The notes under the pieces are model-generated. The model searched no databases. It had not been told where the DNA came from and worked only from the letters and a program-made list of their open reading frames with translations. From positions 1 to 49,308 of the forward strand of contig DF237370.1 of assembly GCA_000708835.1 (NCBI GenBank): 49,308 nucleotides of DNA. Direction: 5' to 3'. Both the position numbers and the translations under genes were made by a program. Below are positions 12,801 to 23,496 of this stretch, piece after piece. Position 1 is the first letter of the stretch, and each line of letters starts with the position of its first letter. Source of the DNA: Klebsormidium nitens. Its lineage: Eukaryota; Plantae; Klebsormidiophyceae.

Positions 12801-15800
12801 TCTACCCGGTGATGATTTCCATTCAGCCTTATCTGCTCTGCTTCGTGGAGCAGATAATCTTCCCCGAATCATTCCAAACAATTGTTATGAAGAAAGTCCT
12901 GAACGCAAGTTGGAAAAATATCTTTCGTTGAATCCCTTCTCGTGGAAACGTGCATGTGTACCAGAGGGAGAAGACCCTACGGATACCCGCAAGGTTGCTT
13001 TATGTTTAATCTCAACAGCGTTGGGCTTCATGACGTCACGATGTCAACTCCACAACCTAGGGGTCGAACCATATTGGACAGCTTGCACCTCGAGATTGTG
13101 GGAGTTCGTTGAAATAGTAGCTCGACGCCCAACTTTGGCTTCTGAAATGCCCGCGACTCACCTGGTCTTTGAAGGAGAGCTCTACCTCCACGGGCTTGAG
13201 TGACCGCAAGTCGGGCCATAAAGAACCCGCCTTCCGCGCTATCTTTGACGATTCTTGTCCAGCGGTCGCCGGCGCCGAAACGGCCCGCTTCGGCAGCTCA
13301 AACTCGCCCACATAAAGATTTCCGACGAGCCTCGTGCTCGCACACCGTGAAAGGGACCCCTTCTTGCCGCTCTCGGGGGTGCTCCCGCCGTCCCCTTTGG
13401 GAATTCCCGCGCCGCCAGCTTCGAACGTCACTGCTCGCTTTTCATCTTGTGTGACGTCACTGTCGGGGATGGCTGCCAGAGCGGTTTTGGGGGTCAGTGT
13501 GACGTGCCCCTTGCCGTCACTGCAGACGAACATTCGACCTGGGGACCCCGTCAACTTTTGTTTGAGCGATGCGGCCATGGGTGACGCGGCCGCGGGTGAT
13601 GCGGCCTTCGGTGATGTGTTCTTCGGTGACCTGGCTCCGGGAGGCGTGACAGCCTTCGGTGACGTGCCCTTCGGTGACGTCGCCTTCGGTGACGTGGCCT
13701 TAGATGACGCCGTCTTTGGTGTACTGTTGAGGCCGTCGTCAGGTGTCTTGACAGCGAGCGACACCAGCCTTGAACGCGGAGCCGGACCGGGTTTGCTTTT
13801 ATTAACATCAACCTGCAGTGGCTTCGAGGCTTTCAATATATGATCAGGTGTATGCTGGTCGTAGGCCTTTTACTGTGAGGAACCAAAGCCGGAGATGGAA
13901 GTTGGAACTACTTTACAATGAGGGAACGGAAAGATCCAGTACTGCATGTGACAACATAACAGATGTCAGCTTAAAATGCACGCTTATGCCAACCAACCTC
14001 GAGAGATAACAAGCTGTGAATTCAGCTCGATGAAGAAGTCTTCTGACACAACAGAAGGTAGCCGCCAACCACCGCAACAGGGTCCTCTCTGAAGCGTACT
14101 ACTTTCTGCGAGCATTTTTCCGATGCCAGTTCGTACTCACAGATCCAACCGTCTTTTGTTCGCATGACTCAGGGAACCTTCCAGCCGTTAAACGCAGAAT
14201 GACTTTCATCTTCCTTCCTACGATTATAAGCTGTGAGACCTCGTATCGCGCACGTTGGCGCGGACCGCTTTTTGCGATGTGCTCACATGCTTGAGGGGCA
14301 GCTTGAGTGTGAAGCAACTGCCGTGCCCGATTTCGGACGTCACGGAGATGGTTCCGCCATGCGCGCGCACAAGGGAATCCACGAGGAAGAGCCCCAGCCC
14401 GGTTCCACCGCGCTGGTCCATACTCGTCTCATTCACTTGCTCGAACGCGAGGAAGATCGTCTGCAGCTTGTGGCTAGGGATGCCGATGCCTGCGAAAGCG
14501 AGAACAAGGGATTGAGAACAGGGTAAATATGTTGGTCTATTGCCAAAATTGGGTGCGCTTTTGCACGGAGTCCCTGAAAAGGCAGAAATCCACGAAGATA
14601 GAGTCGAGCTGTCGCCCCGAGGTTGCGGATAGGGAGAAAGATAGTGGTCGCCAGCACACTTTTAAAGGGGAATAACAAGGATGGACAGGAGCATCAAAGC
14701 GATCGGCCATGTGATGAATGACAGAGAACATGGTTGGCAGAAAGCCAGGGGAGCAACTGACACCCTCAAGGAGACGGGATTCAAACGGCCCACGACAGAC
14801 AATTCGCATCGTTTGATGTGGTGCAAGAGGCGTGTTCTCGTTACTACTCTGACAAATTGCAAGATGAAATCACTGACCTGTGTCTCTGACGTCCACAATC
14901 ATGAACTCATGCCCGTCATCAGTTTCTCGTACTCTGGCGCAGACGCGTATCTCTCCTGCAAAAGACCAGGTCGACTTGGCTTATGAAAGTGGTTCGATCT
15001 TCTCAAGTACAGCAGGCTTTTTAATAGATTTTGAAATGCTCATAGACGCAAAGTTATCAGCCGGTCCCCAAATCTGTGAAAAGAAGAGTCGTCAAGATGC
15101 TCAAAGGTCCTGCAGACTCTGCACCAATTGGCATATAGAAACTAAAGATCTAGTCGGCCCTCAAGAGTCTCAGAGTGAAATATAAATCCACGGCTTCTAG
15201 AATGAGAGAGGTAAGCGACTGGAAGTTTACTGCATCTCAAAAACTGGATGAAGCGCCGGCTATTCAAATGTGGGGCGACTTGGCCTAAAGGAACCTGCAG
15301 CATAAGACTTACCACCGTCGGTGAACTTGGCAGCATTGCCGACCAGATTGTGCAGAATTTGAATCAGCCGTGCCTGATTACAATCGATCTCCGGAATGTC
15401 TTTGGAGACGTCATTATAGAGCTGCAAAAAAAGCAGGCAAACAGCCTTCAGTGTAATGGGGTAGGTATGGTCCACTGACCGGAGACGTTGTGCTTTGAGA
15501 GAGCGACGGCTTCCGGATACGAAGAGACAAGGCTGAAGCTAAACCTGCTTCTTTCGTCGTACGACTGAGCTTTCACGAGGATCAGCTTGGATCTTCTTTG
15601 ATTATGGGACGAGAGCGTAACATGTTCTTTATTTGTCGTCTATTAGCCTCTGTTGAGAAGATCTTACCTTTACGTTCCATTTGACCATAGGTGATGTCAG
15701 ATCCATGACGTGATCTACAAGGTGGCGAAGGTAGACTACCTCGTAGTGCAACGTCAGCTTGCGCTGGCGCAAGGATTCGACGTCCAAAATATCTGCAATT

Positions 15801-18800
15801 GAGGGAAACCTCAGTAAAGGTTTGCAGCATCATTCACTCGCAGGCGAAGAGCTCCTAGTGTCTTGCAAGTAACATTCAGATGTAAGGTGAGGTCAGCTGT
15901 GCTACTTTGCGAGCTCGACCTTCCGCTGCCTTTCAGAACTTTGTGGTGGCAAGTCAAAGGACTTGGACGAGTTGTTCGGAAGTGTCAGACTTGGCCGGAA
16001 AGGGAACTTACCATTTACGAGATTCTTGAGACGGCCGCCACTCTGCTTTATTGTCTCTAGTGTCTTCTTCATGTCTTCATTGACCTCCCCCAAGGACCCC
16101 TGCAAGCGTCCGTCTAAGTTCTGCTCGCGTCCGAAAAGTACAGACAGTTTGCAAGCAAGGAGACGGACAGCAACCATAGAAGTACTACCGATCTGGCACC
16201 CAACAAGCAGATAATTAAGATCGATCTAGAGCTCATCAAGTCAAACTCTGTTCACCTGCGTCGTCAAGCTCGTCTTCGAAGGACGACAGAGCGGGCTAAA
16301 TTTCAGCAAGGAACGTGAAGTTGGAGCAGACAATGTCCAAGGAGCTATTCGAACAGGACTGCAAGCCGAATAGCTCAGAGTCAGCGGTCTCACCAGGAGC
16401 ATGGCGTCAGACAGTCCGATGATGCCGTTTAAAGGTGTCCGCAGCTCGTGCGACACGGACGCCAAAAAACGGTTCTTTTCTGTGATAGCCTGTTGAAGCT
16501 GTTCGATGAGCGCACTTTTGTTGCTCTCATCGCGGGCCACCTCCGCGACGCGCCTGTTCTCCTCAAGAGACAAAAACTTCCCTTCGAGTAGTAAAGCCGA
16601 GAAGACAAACTGCGTCCAATTCGAGTTACTAGTCAGATCTTTGCAATGAGAACAAAGGTGTTTCTGAGCTAGTCGCAAGAGCATAGGTATCGCTTCGATC
16701 TTTATGGCATCCTTTCTGGATTCGGTCCTTGTCGGAATGCTTCAAAAGCTCGCCAGAGAAATGTGCTCAGGCTGTGGCGCCGAAAGTCTGAGACTGGACG
16801 TAAAGTATAGAAGCCAAGCATCGCAATGGCTATTTTCAAAAGGAATTCCCTTCTGCTTGAGGGCCCTCTTACCTTGCACGCGAGTTCGAGCGCAAGGAAC
16901 ATGTGAGCCTCCATTATTGGGCTGACCAGGTTCGTCTCGCTCAAGAATGCAACGCACGGGAAGGCGGTCCATGTTGTCAGAATGTATATTTGCAGAAGGT
17001 GGAAGCTCCAGTGGCATCCCGAGTCACGTGTCTGCAAGAGAAACGTCTATGAAGATTTGACTTCGACTGGCAGATTTGCGTGCGTAATTGGCTCAACGTC
17101 GAGTTTCATCAGAGGCGAAAAATGCTGCAAGCTTGGAAGGGAAGTTGTACGCAGGACTCATTCCAATTTCAATGCCGTGTAGTAGCATCGCGAACTCGTA
17201 GCCAGGAATTCAAAAGGCTTTCTAAAGGTGTCGGCCCTTTTCACCTTTCATACCCTGGAAATGGTTGATTTCAAACCTCTCAGCAACGTCTATCTTATAC
17301 TGGTGGGAAGAAAGATGCATGTAGCTAGCTAACATCGTTCCGAACAGCCGACTCGAGCTGCTTGCTGCCTTGTTTCCCATTACCTCGAGTACCGCGTCGT
17401 TGGTCATTCTGTGCACGTTCCTAAGAAGGGTCACAAAAGCGAAGCCCGCTGCAGTTAAGCAGACGCCGCTCATAAGGTTGGAGGAGCTGAGAAGTCCGTT
17501 GAGCCCGACCATCAGGATGAACAGGTCACAGAAGGTATTCAGAATGATCTGCAACCAAAGGCAATTTCGTCAGACCCTGAAATATCCGCCACTTCTGAAA
17601 GCAGTCCTGATAGGGCCACGGATCGGTTTTGAAAGACACTGATGTGAACAAGGTCATCACTGGTCAGGCTGGTTTCCAATCTTCATTGTAGTTCTTCTGC
17701 AAATATTTCTTCGCAGGAGTCTTGTTGCCTTGAGTCCCCATCCTTGATGGAACATAGAAATGGCAGAAAGCGCTTCCTTCAACCTCAAAAGCGTGTGAAC
17801 ATTCTTAGTTCTCAAAACCAGGCGTGTATCCGCGTGCAGCAACGTTTCCTTTCATCTACAGCTGGGAGCACTTTGAAGATGCCCAGAGAGACCAACAAGC
17901 CGGAGAACACAAAGGCTGGCTCTATGGAGCTAGAGCCTCCGGCCATGAGGAACGGAGCACGATTCCTCCATCTCGACCAAGTCAAGCTGCAACTTAGAGC
18001 GTCCAGGGTGCAATTTGGCAGCACACTGGTTCATCTGCCTGCTATGGCAGCTAAGAATATCTCCGGGACTGTCCTCACCTGACGATGGCTCTGGCCGGAT
18101 ATCGAGGCAGTCAAGTATATCATGATGGGCGTTGTGAGCATCCACTGTAAGAAGCGGGCCGGATAGTGCGGTCGCCCAAAGTGGTCCACTAACACCGGTG
18201 TGTAATCTCGGTCCAGAAGAACGTAAGTGAGCAATGCAGTTCCGTTGATATACGCTACCAGAGCGGCCTGCAGATAAGGCAGGATGTAGACTCTGGACAA
18301 GGTGCAGCCTGAACCGAATCTGCTTCGAGCCGGGCTTCGAGCAGCCAGTTTTGACGCCATCAAGCAACCAGCTCCAGACTGTCAATCAGCAACGCCATCC
18401 TCGGCGGAAAGAACGTCGAAGCCTGAAGAATCAAGCTGAAAGAATACAAACGGTGAAGCTTTTTATTCGTAAATGATTCACTTTCGCAGCTCAGCTCCTA
18501 AAACTTTCATACCATCATCAAATCGTTCAGAAGAAAAACGTGCCTACGGTAGCAGCTTGTATATCGTTCAAACGGTCAAGATCTCGCTGAAGCTATTCAC
18601 CAAGGTGTTGGAAAACGAGAGCTTTATGAAGAGGCAGGATATGGTCAGCACAAAGAGAACTTCAAGAACAGGAAAGAGTACTTACAGAAGCCCGTTTTTC
18701 CCTCTCAGTACGGCACGTGAAGATGCATGTGGAAATCACGAGTGCGCAACTGAAAGCAATCACTCCCACCTGCATAACAGACGATGAAGTTCGTATATTT

Positions 18801-20622
18801 CTTGTGGAAGCCAGGGGAGTACGAGGGAACAAGTGGGAGATTCAGTAAGCTCATATGTAGAAGAAACGTGGCGATTCTTTCCATATACTTCTCCAACGAG
18901 AAGAAGCTAGTCGGTGAAACAATATTCAATCTGCACCTCGGTGACTGGAAAGCTTTTGAAGAACAGAGCACGAATCTGCCAGTTGCTTGCTGTTGCTTTG
19001 ATTTGGATAGAAGGAGCGTGTCACCAGAATTTGATCTCTGGGACTGAATACTGTTTTACTGGTGTGGTTCGTAAGACGATCGAGGGGATATAACCTCAGA
19101 CTTCTAGCACTATACAGGGCCAAGCGAAGTAAAGGCATGGCAGCTCCTTGGAGTCTCCCCGACAGGAAAGAGAATTATTTGACAGCCCTATGACGAGTCA
19201 AGAACAGGTTGTACTTTGCGATCTCTTGGTGGAAACAGCCTCTTTGAGCTTTCAGGTTGTAGTACTTCTTTGAAGGTCCTTGACTTTCGAAAGTGAACAG
19301 CCGTGAGGAAAGGCCCAAACACAAGCGACAAGGTAGTACTGAGGAGCAGGTCAATTTACCTACATCAGGCAACGCTGTCATGAAAAGCTGTAGCCTTCTG
19401 CCTCTCTGACAAAGAAGGGCCAGCATGCTCGTGAATCTGCAATTCTACCATTTAGAGACAGAGCTTCCCACTGTTTGATAGGCTGCAAGGAAGCTGCTTC
19501 GCCTTTGCAAGTAACGGTAGGTCCTCGAACATACCCTGGTATGGTCCCCAGGCGGGGGGCCTGTGGTGTACTGGCTGGCATCCAGGTACAGGCTTCGCAC
19601 AAAAAGGGCCAAGGCCGTGACAAGCGCGGCAGCAAAGATCATCAAGAACACCGTAAGTTGAGTGCACCGGGCCTCTGCTCGCAGGGGGGACTCCTGGACA
19701 GGAATGAGGACCAATGAGAATCACATATGAATCAGAGCGCTCGGGCAAGTACTGCAAATGCTTTCAAAATCGCATCAGTTGGACACTTGTCACTGGCAGA
19801 TGATATCCAGACACCTTGAACATTGTCTGGTTAGAGGAAGGTCAACAGGTCGTTACATGCTCGCTTTAGAGACTGGGTGCTGAACTGGTGTTGATTGGCC
19901 GGTGTTTAGTGTGCCACATATGCAGAAGAGTCAGCTATTTGAAAGTCTGCGGCAGTCTTCCAAGAAAACTACTCAACTCCTGGATGTCGTCATCAGTCAT
20001 ACCTAAGGACAGGACGGGTTATTAGGAAGGCAATTGCAAAACCCGAAACGTGGCAGTGTGGTTTGCTGGTAGGACATATTCCAAGCAATCGAGCCTGAAC
20101 AATTTATATGCCAATCTTCTGTCGAAGCCCTTGTAATGGCTGCCACCAAAGACAAAGAAGGAACAAGATATTTGAAGAGATGCCACTCACCATCTTGCTA
20201 CCCTTCGGAGCTTCTGTTTGATTCAGGACAGTGTCAGCAACTTGCAGGTCACCTGGACCTCCTCCCCATGAAACTGCACTTTCCTCCTTGTCCACATGTG
20301 TGGAGTCATGAATGGGTGCCCCTGACTTGGATGGCTTTTCAGAAGGAGTACAAGTGTCTTCTTGTTCGCCAAGCTCTCCATCATCCTTGAACGCCGCCAT
20401 ATTACCTCTTCCGAACCTCTACATGCACTGTGCTTAGTGTTGAACTTGCGTTTGCTACCGTATTGAAGGCTCATGATGTATACATGAGATTGAATTTAGC
20501 CAGGTATATCTTTCACGTCGAAAGCGCCATGAACTTGGTCCTACAACGGTAGCTTGCTGCTCTGACTTTACATATCCTGAGGTGAACTTGGCTGTGCCTG
20601 CTGTGCCTGCATCATTGGCCAT
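6066..20622 (-). CDS. Two-component cyclase opsin (2c-Cyclop / histidine-kinase rhodopsin): rhodopsin-HisKA-HATPase-receiver-guanylyl cyclase-SAM, ~1530 aa, ~23 exons
   Basis: Minus-strand exons: (20622-20572, tentative), 20418-20191, 19693-19535, 18769-18686, 18267-18079, 17548-17384, 17031-16873, 16609-16394, 16099-16012, 15792-15668, 15421-15313, 14955-14878, 14489-14287, ~13812(or 13854)-13162, 12656-12507, 11973-11863, 11256-11131, 10485-10309, 9908-9774, 9152-8972, 8464-8316, 7684-6752, 6197-6066(TGA). All GT-AG and in phase. The start codon (20622 vs 20400) and the 14287/138xx junction are uncertain. Confidence 0.92.
7184..7435 (-). repeat. In-frame 126-bp (42-aa) tandem duplication in the cyclase-SAM linker
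   Basis: [42 protein letters not shown] / [42 protein letters not shown]; units 7435-7310 and 7309-7184. Confidence 0.95.
7620..9908 (-). other. Class III nucleotide cyclase domain, guanylyl-type
   Basis: [12 protein letters not shown]; [12 protein letters not shown]; IRVGIHTGP; [25 protein letters not shown]; [12 protein letters not shown]. Both metal-binding Asp residues are present, and the Glu (KVE) and Cys (RYC) are the GTP-specifying residues. Confidence 0.93.
10309..12656 (-). other. Receiver domain plus signalling helix of the 2c-Cyclop
   Basis: ILSVDDD...[15 protein letters not shown]...VIMVSAK...DYLTK|[12 protein letters not shown], followed by helical [14 protein letters not shown]. 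Confidence 0.93.
12087..12144. repeat. 27-bp intronic tandem repeat (x2)
   Basis: cgcaacgatctgtaatagtttgaagaa / cgcaccgatctgttatagtttgaagaa. Confidence 0.85.
12663..12708. repeat. 23-bp tandem repeat in the polypyrimidine tract of the acceptor at 12657 (minus strand)
   Basis: tgagagaacggctggactaaggc / tgagagaacggctggactgaggc. Confidence 0.85.
13570..13720 (-). repeat. Coding 15-bp minisatellite encoding (T/A)SPK(A/G) pentapeptides in the kinase-receiver linker
   Basis: [52 protein letters not shown]; plus strand shows repeated cttcggtgacgt units. Confidence 0.85.
14287..16530 (-). other. Histidine kinase core (DHp + CA) of the 2c-Cyclop
   Basis: H-box [18 protein letters not shown]; N-box [17 protein letters not shown]; G1 VRDTGIGIP; F-box IFLAFEQ; G2 [10 protein letters not shown]. 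Confidence 0.93.
16560..19693 (-). other. Microbial (type-1) rhodopsin domain with an extra N-terminal TM helix (part of the 2c-Cyclop gene)
   Basis: TM0 [20 protein letters not shown]; [18 protein letters not shown]; [16 protein letters not shown]; [16 protein letters not shown]; [13 protein letters not shown]; [16 protein letters not shown]; [15 protein letters not shown]; [12 protein letters not shown]|FVFSALLL. The retinal Schiff-base Lys is the last codon of exon 17031-16873. Confidence 0.9.
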
Positions 20623-23496
20623 GCTGCAAACCAGTGTAACCCTGTGCCAGGACTTACATGATTTTGTGATGTATCGATGCACCAAAGAAGGGAACCAGCT
20701 ACTATTTAGCTGTACTAGTCGTGCTTAGTAGGTGGATCATTTGGCAGCTCACACCTGCTAAAGGCGCTGTGCTCTATTCGTGCGCTCAATGATGTCACTC
20801 AAAAGGACTAGTCAACTTGGGGAATCCCGAACGAAAATTAATGCGATTTACCTGATCTCTTAAGATCTCAATGAACTACCGTACCTCTCTAGCTGGATCC
20901 GGGCTTGATCCGTCTAGTCTTGTCTCGCTAGCTGAGGTCTATAGCAAGAGCTTTATCAGTAGGCTGTCTGATTTATGCTCATTTGACCTTCTACGGTAGA
21001 TTACGACTGCCTGGATCTGACACTCCCGAATCGCTTTAACAGCCTGCAAATATAGCTGTCAGAGTCAGCGGGGCCGGTGACACTCTTCCATCTTTTTACA
21101 GACCTGTAGACTTTCAATGTGTTGCTGACAGCTGCTTTTTGCAGCTTTTCGATTGTTTAGCTGTTCAAAGTGACACTTTTTGCACTGGTTTAGTTGGTGG
21201 ATCATCAAATCCAACGCAATCCAGTACTAGTACCGTACCTTCAAAAGTCAACCACTTCCATTGAAGTACGGTGCCAGCGATCTTCAATGTTAGGATTTTT
21301 CTGGTCCGCTGGTTTGCGCAAATACCTATTAGCATCGCTGATCTCAGGTTCTGTATCTGGCAGACTGGGTGAGAGTGGCTCCGCCCCGCTAACATGCCGG
21401 CCTAGATGGCTGATTAAGCTGTCACCTATGCACCTAGCTGTGCAACATTGACCAGCGCCGGCCGAAAAGTACACGGTTGCATATTTGTTAGGATCTGTCA
21501 GACGAGAATGACGAGCAGGCACGTGTCACTGTGAAAAGATCAGCATGTGTGTCAGACGAAGTACCAGCCTGCCTGATTACGCCTTGGCCCAATTGGGCCG
21601 CCCGTGACTCGATCGCGATTCGTGTCGTCACTCTCACAACGGGCCGGGATTGCACAGTCCCACTGTTCCAGTCCGAAAGACAGCAAACTGCAAGAGCAAA
21701 TGACTTCGCTCGAGTTGCCCTGCATATCGCACCTAGGTAGCACGTAACGGTACCGGTATACCGTAGGTACTGCGCCGTTGCCTTCGGGCATGATGTCAGT
21801 TGCTTCCAACATGCACCATACTATCTAAATGCGAAGTTGCTAAGGGATAAGGATGCGGATAAGGCTCTCTCGTGCCTTTGACTCGAGAGACAAGGTTGAT
21901 TATGCACACAGGCTTGGCTGCACTTTCAATCTTGTCGATTCTGTCAATTTATACAGTCAGAAATCAGGATACTACCTACCGTATGATCTGCGAACCAGCA
22001 AAAAGAAAGTAAGGTAGACGGTACGAGTCACAACTGTTGACTGGGTAGGTGCCTACAGCCGGCGAAGGGCATCATGTTTTGCAACGGCGCTACTGCCACG
22101 CTGCTGTCACGACTCATTAGTCACGCGCTACTGCAGTCACGGTATGTACATTTATAATACCGGTACACAGTACCTGCTACCGTACCTCGATCAAACTAAC
22201 GCCAGCGTTTGCAAGCTCCGTGTCCCGAACGCAGTATTATAAGGTACCGGTACACCGGTAGTCTGCACGTACTGTAGGCTTTAGCTAGGTACTTTAGTAC
22301 CGAACCAGGTGCCCGATCCGTGCGCGCAGGCGTGGCACTATGCCGCGCGCAGACCTGGGAGTGCCACTATATATGACGCGTGGCGAGGATGGACGGTTCG
22401 ATCCGACTGCATTGAGGCCCGGCGGCCAGCATGGCATCATCAACGGTACCGTACCGCGAGGTCATCGCTAGCCGATGCGACGGCTAGCGCGATCCACTGG
22501 CAAAGGAACCGTCACACACTCTCATCATGGCATACATGTATGCCATGCATGAGAGAATGAGAAGCCTATCATTGGCCTATCAGTTTGGCTACGGCGAGAA
22601 CGAAAAGAGACTCAGTGACAATCCACTGGGCAAGCCTGAATGTTCAAGTTATAACTTATAGCGCGGCCGCTAGAGCTGGTGACTTTGAGAAAACATGCAT
22701 ACTTTGTGCAACTGTAATGATACGGTAGTAGTACAACTGCTTTCAAGTTTTATCTGAATAGTTGAGTCTGCCTACATTCAGATTATCATTAGTTGCCGCC
22801 AACTAGTGCACTGTCGATCGCAATGATCGGTTGACTCGATATGTTAGTATTTTCGCCTGCTGCCCGGCCGGCCCAAGTTATTGATTGTCCGGCAGGCTAC
22901 CCTTTAAATGAGTTGCTGAGAGCGGCGCGCTAATTCAAGCCAGGTTCCGGTCCACTAAGTGGGTTGCAATGCACAGATAAACACTGCATCGGATTCTGCC
23001 AAGGATCTGCAATCCGCATTCGCAACGTTTGCATCTCGTGCACACATGGCCCGACAATCGCGAGTCAGTGGCATGAGTCCGGCAAGAATTATGTACAAAC
23101 AATATGAAGACTAAACATGCAAGGGCCGCAGGTCCGACGGACCGATCCGTACGTGGCACCCGGCACTTCAGGCTTAGTATCAAACGGTGATGCACCGGCT
23201 ATCGCTGTCGTGTGTTGCAAGCATTCGCATCAATGATTGCAATCATTCAAGCGCGGATTCCAAATCTAGGTTCAATCTTTTCTTCTACTTGGCCGCAAGC
23301 ACTGAGTATGTCCTCTGGTGCACCACCGTATGCAAAGAGCCCATCTCAATGCAGCCTACAAAAGGCCGTAGAGCCTGGCATGAGGCAATATTTGATTCAT
23401 GATTGGACGTCAAGCGTGTCCCGTCAAGGCCACAACTTATGCTGCAAGGTGGTGGCAAGCCATGTCTCCGCAAATGTACATACACTGCACGTTCAA

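Noticed and set aside
13334-13843. 169-aa plus-strand ORF with FGDVA repeats
   Set aside because: Antisense reading of the SPK minisatellite in the rhodopsin-gene linker exon.
18545-18660. Candidate hydrophobic exon [19 protein letters not shown] for rhodopsin helix A
   Set aside because: The upstream exon 18769-18686 has better splice sites (CAG / GTAAGT) and fits helix A in phase, so this stretch is read as intron.
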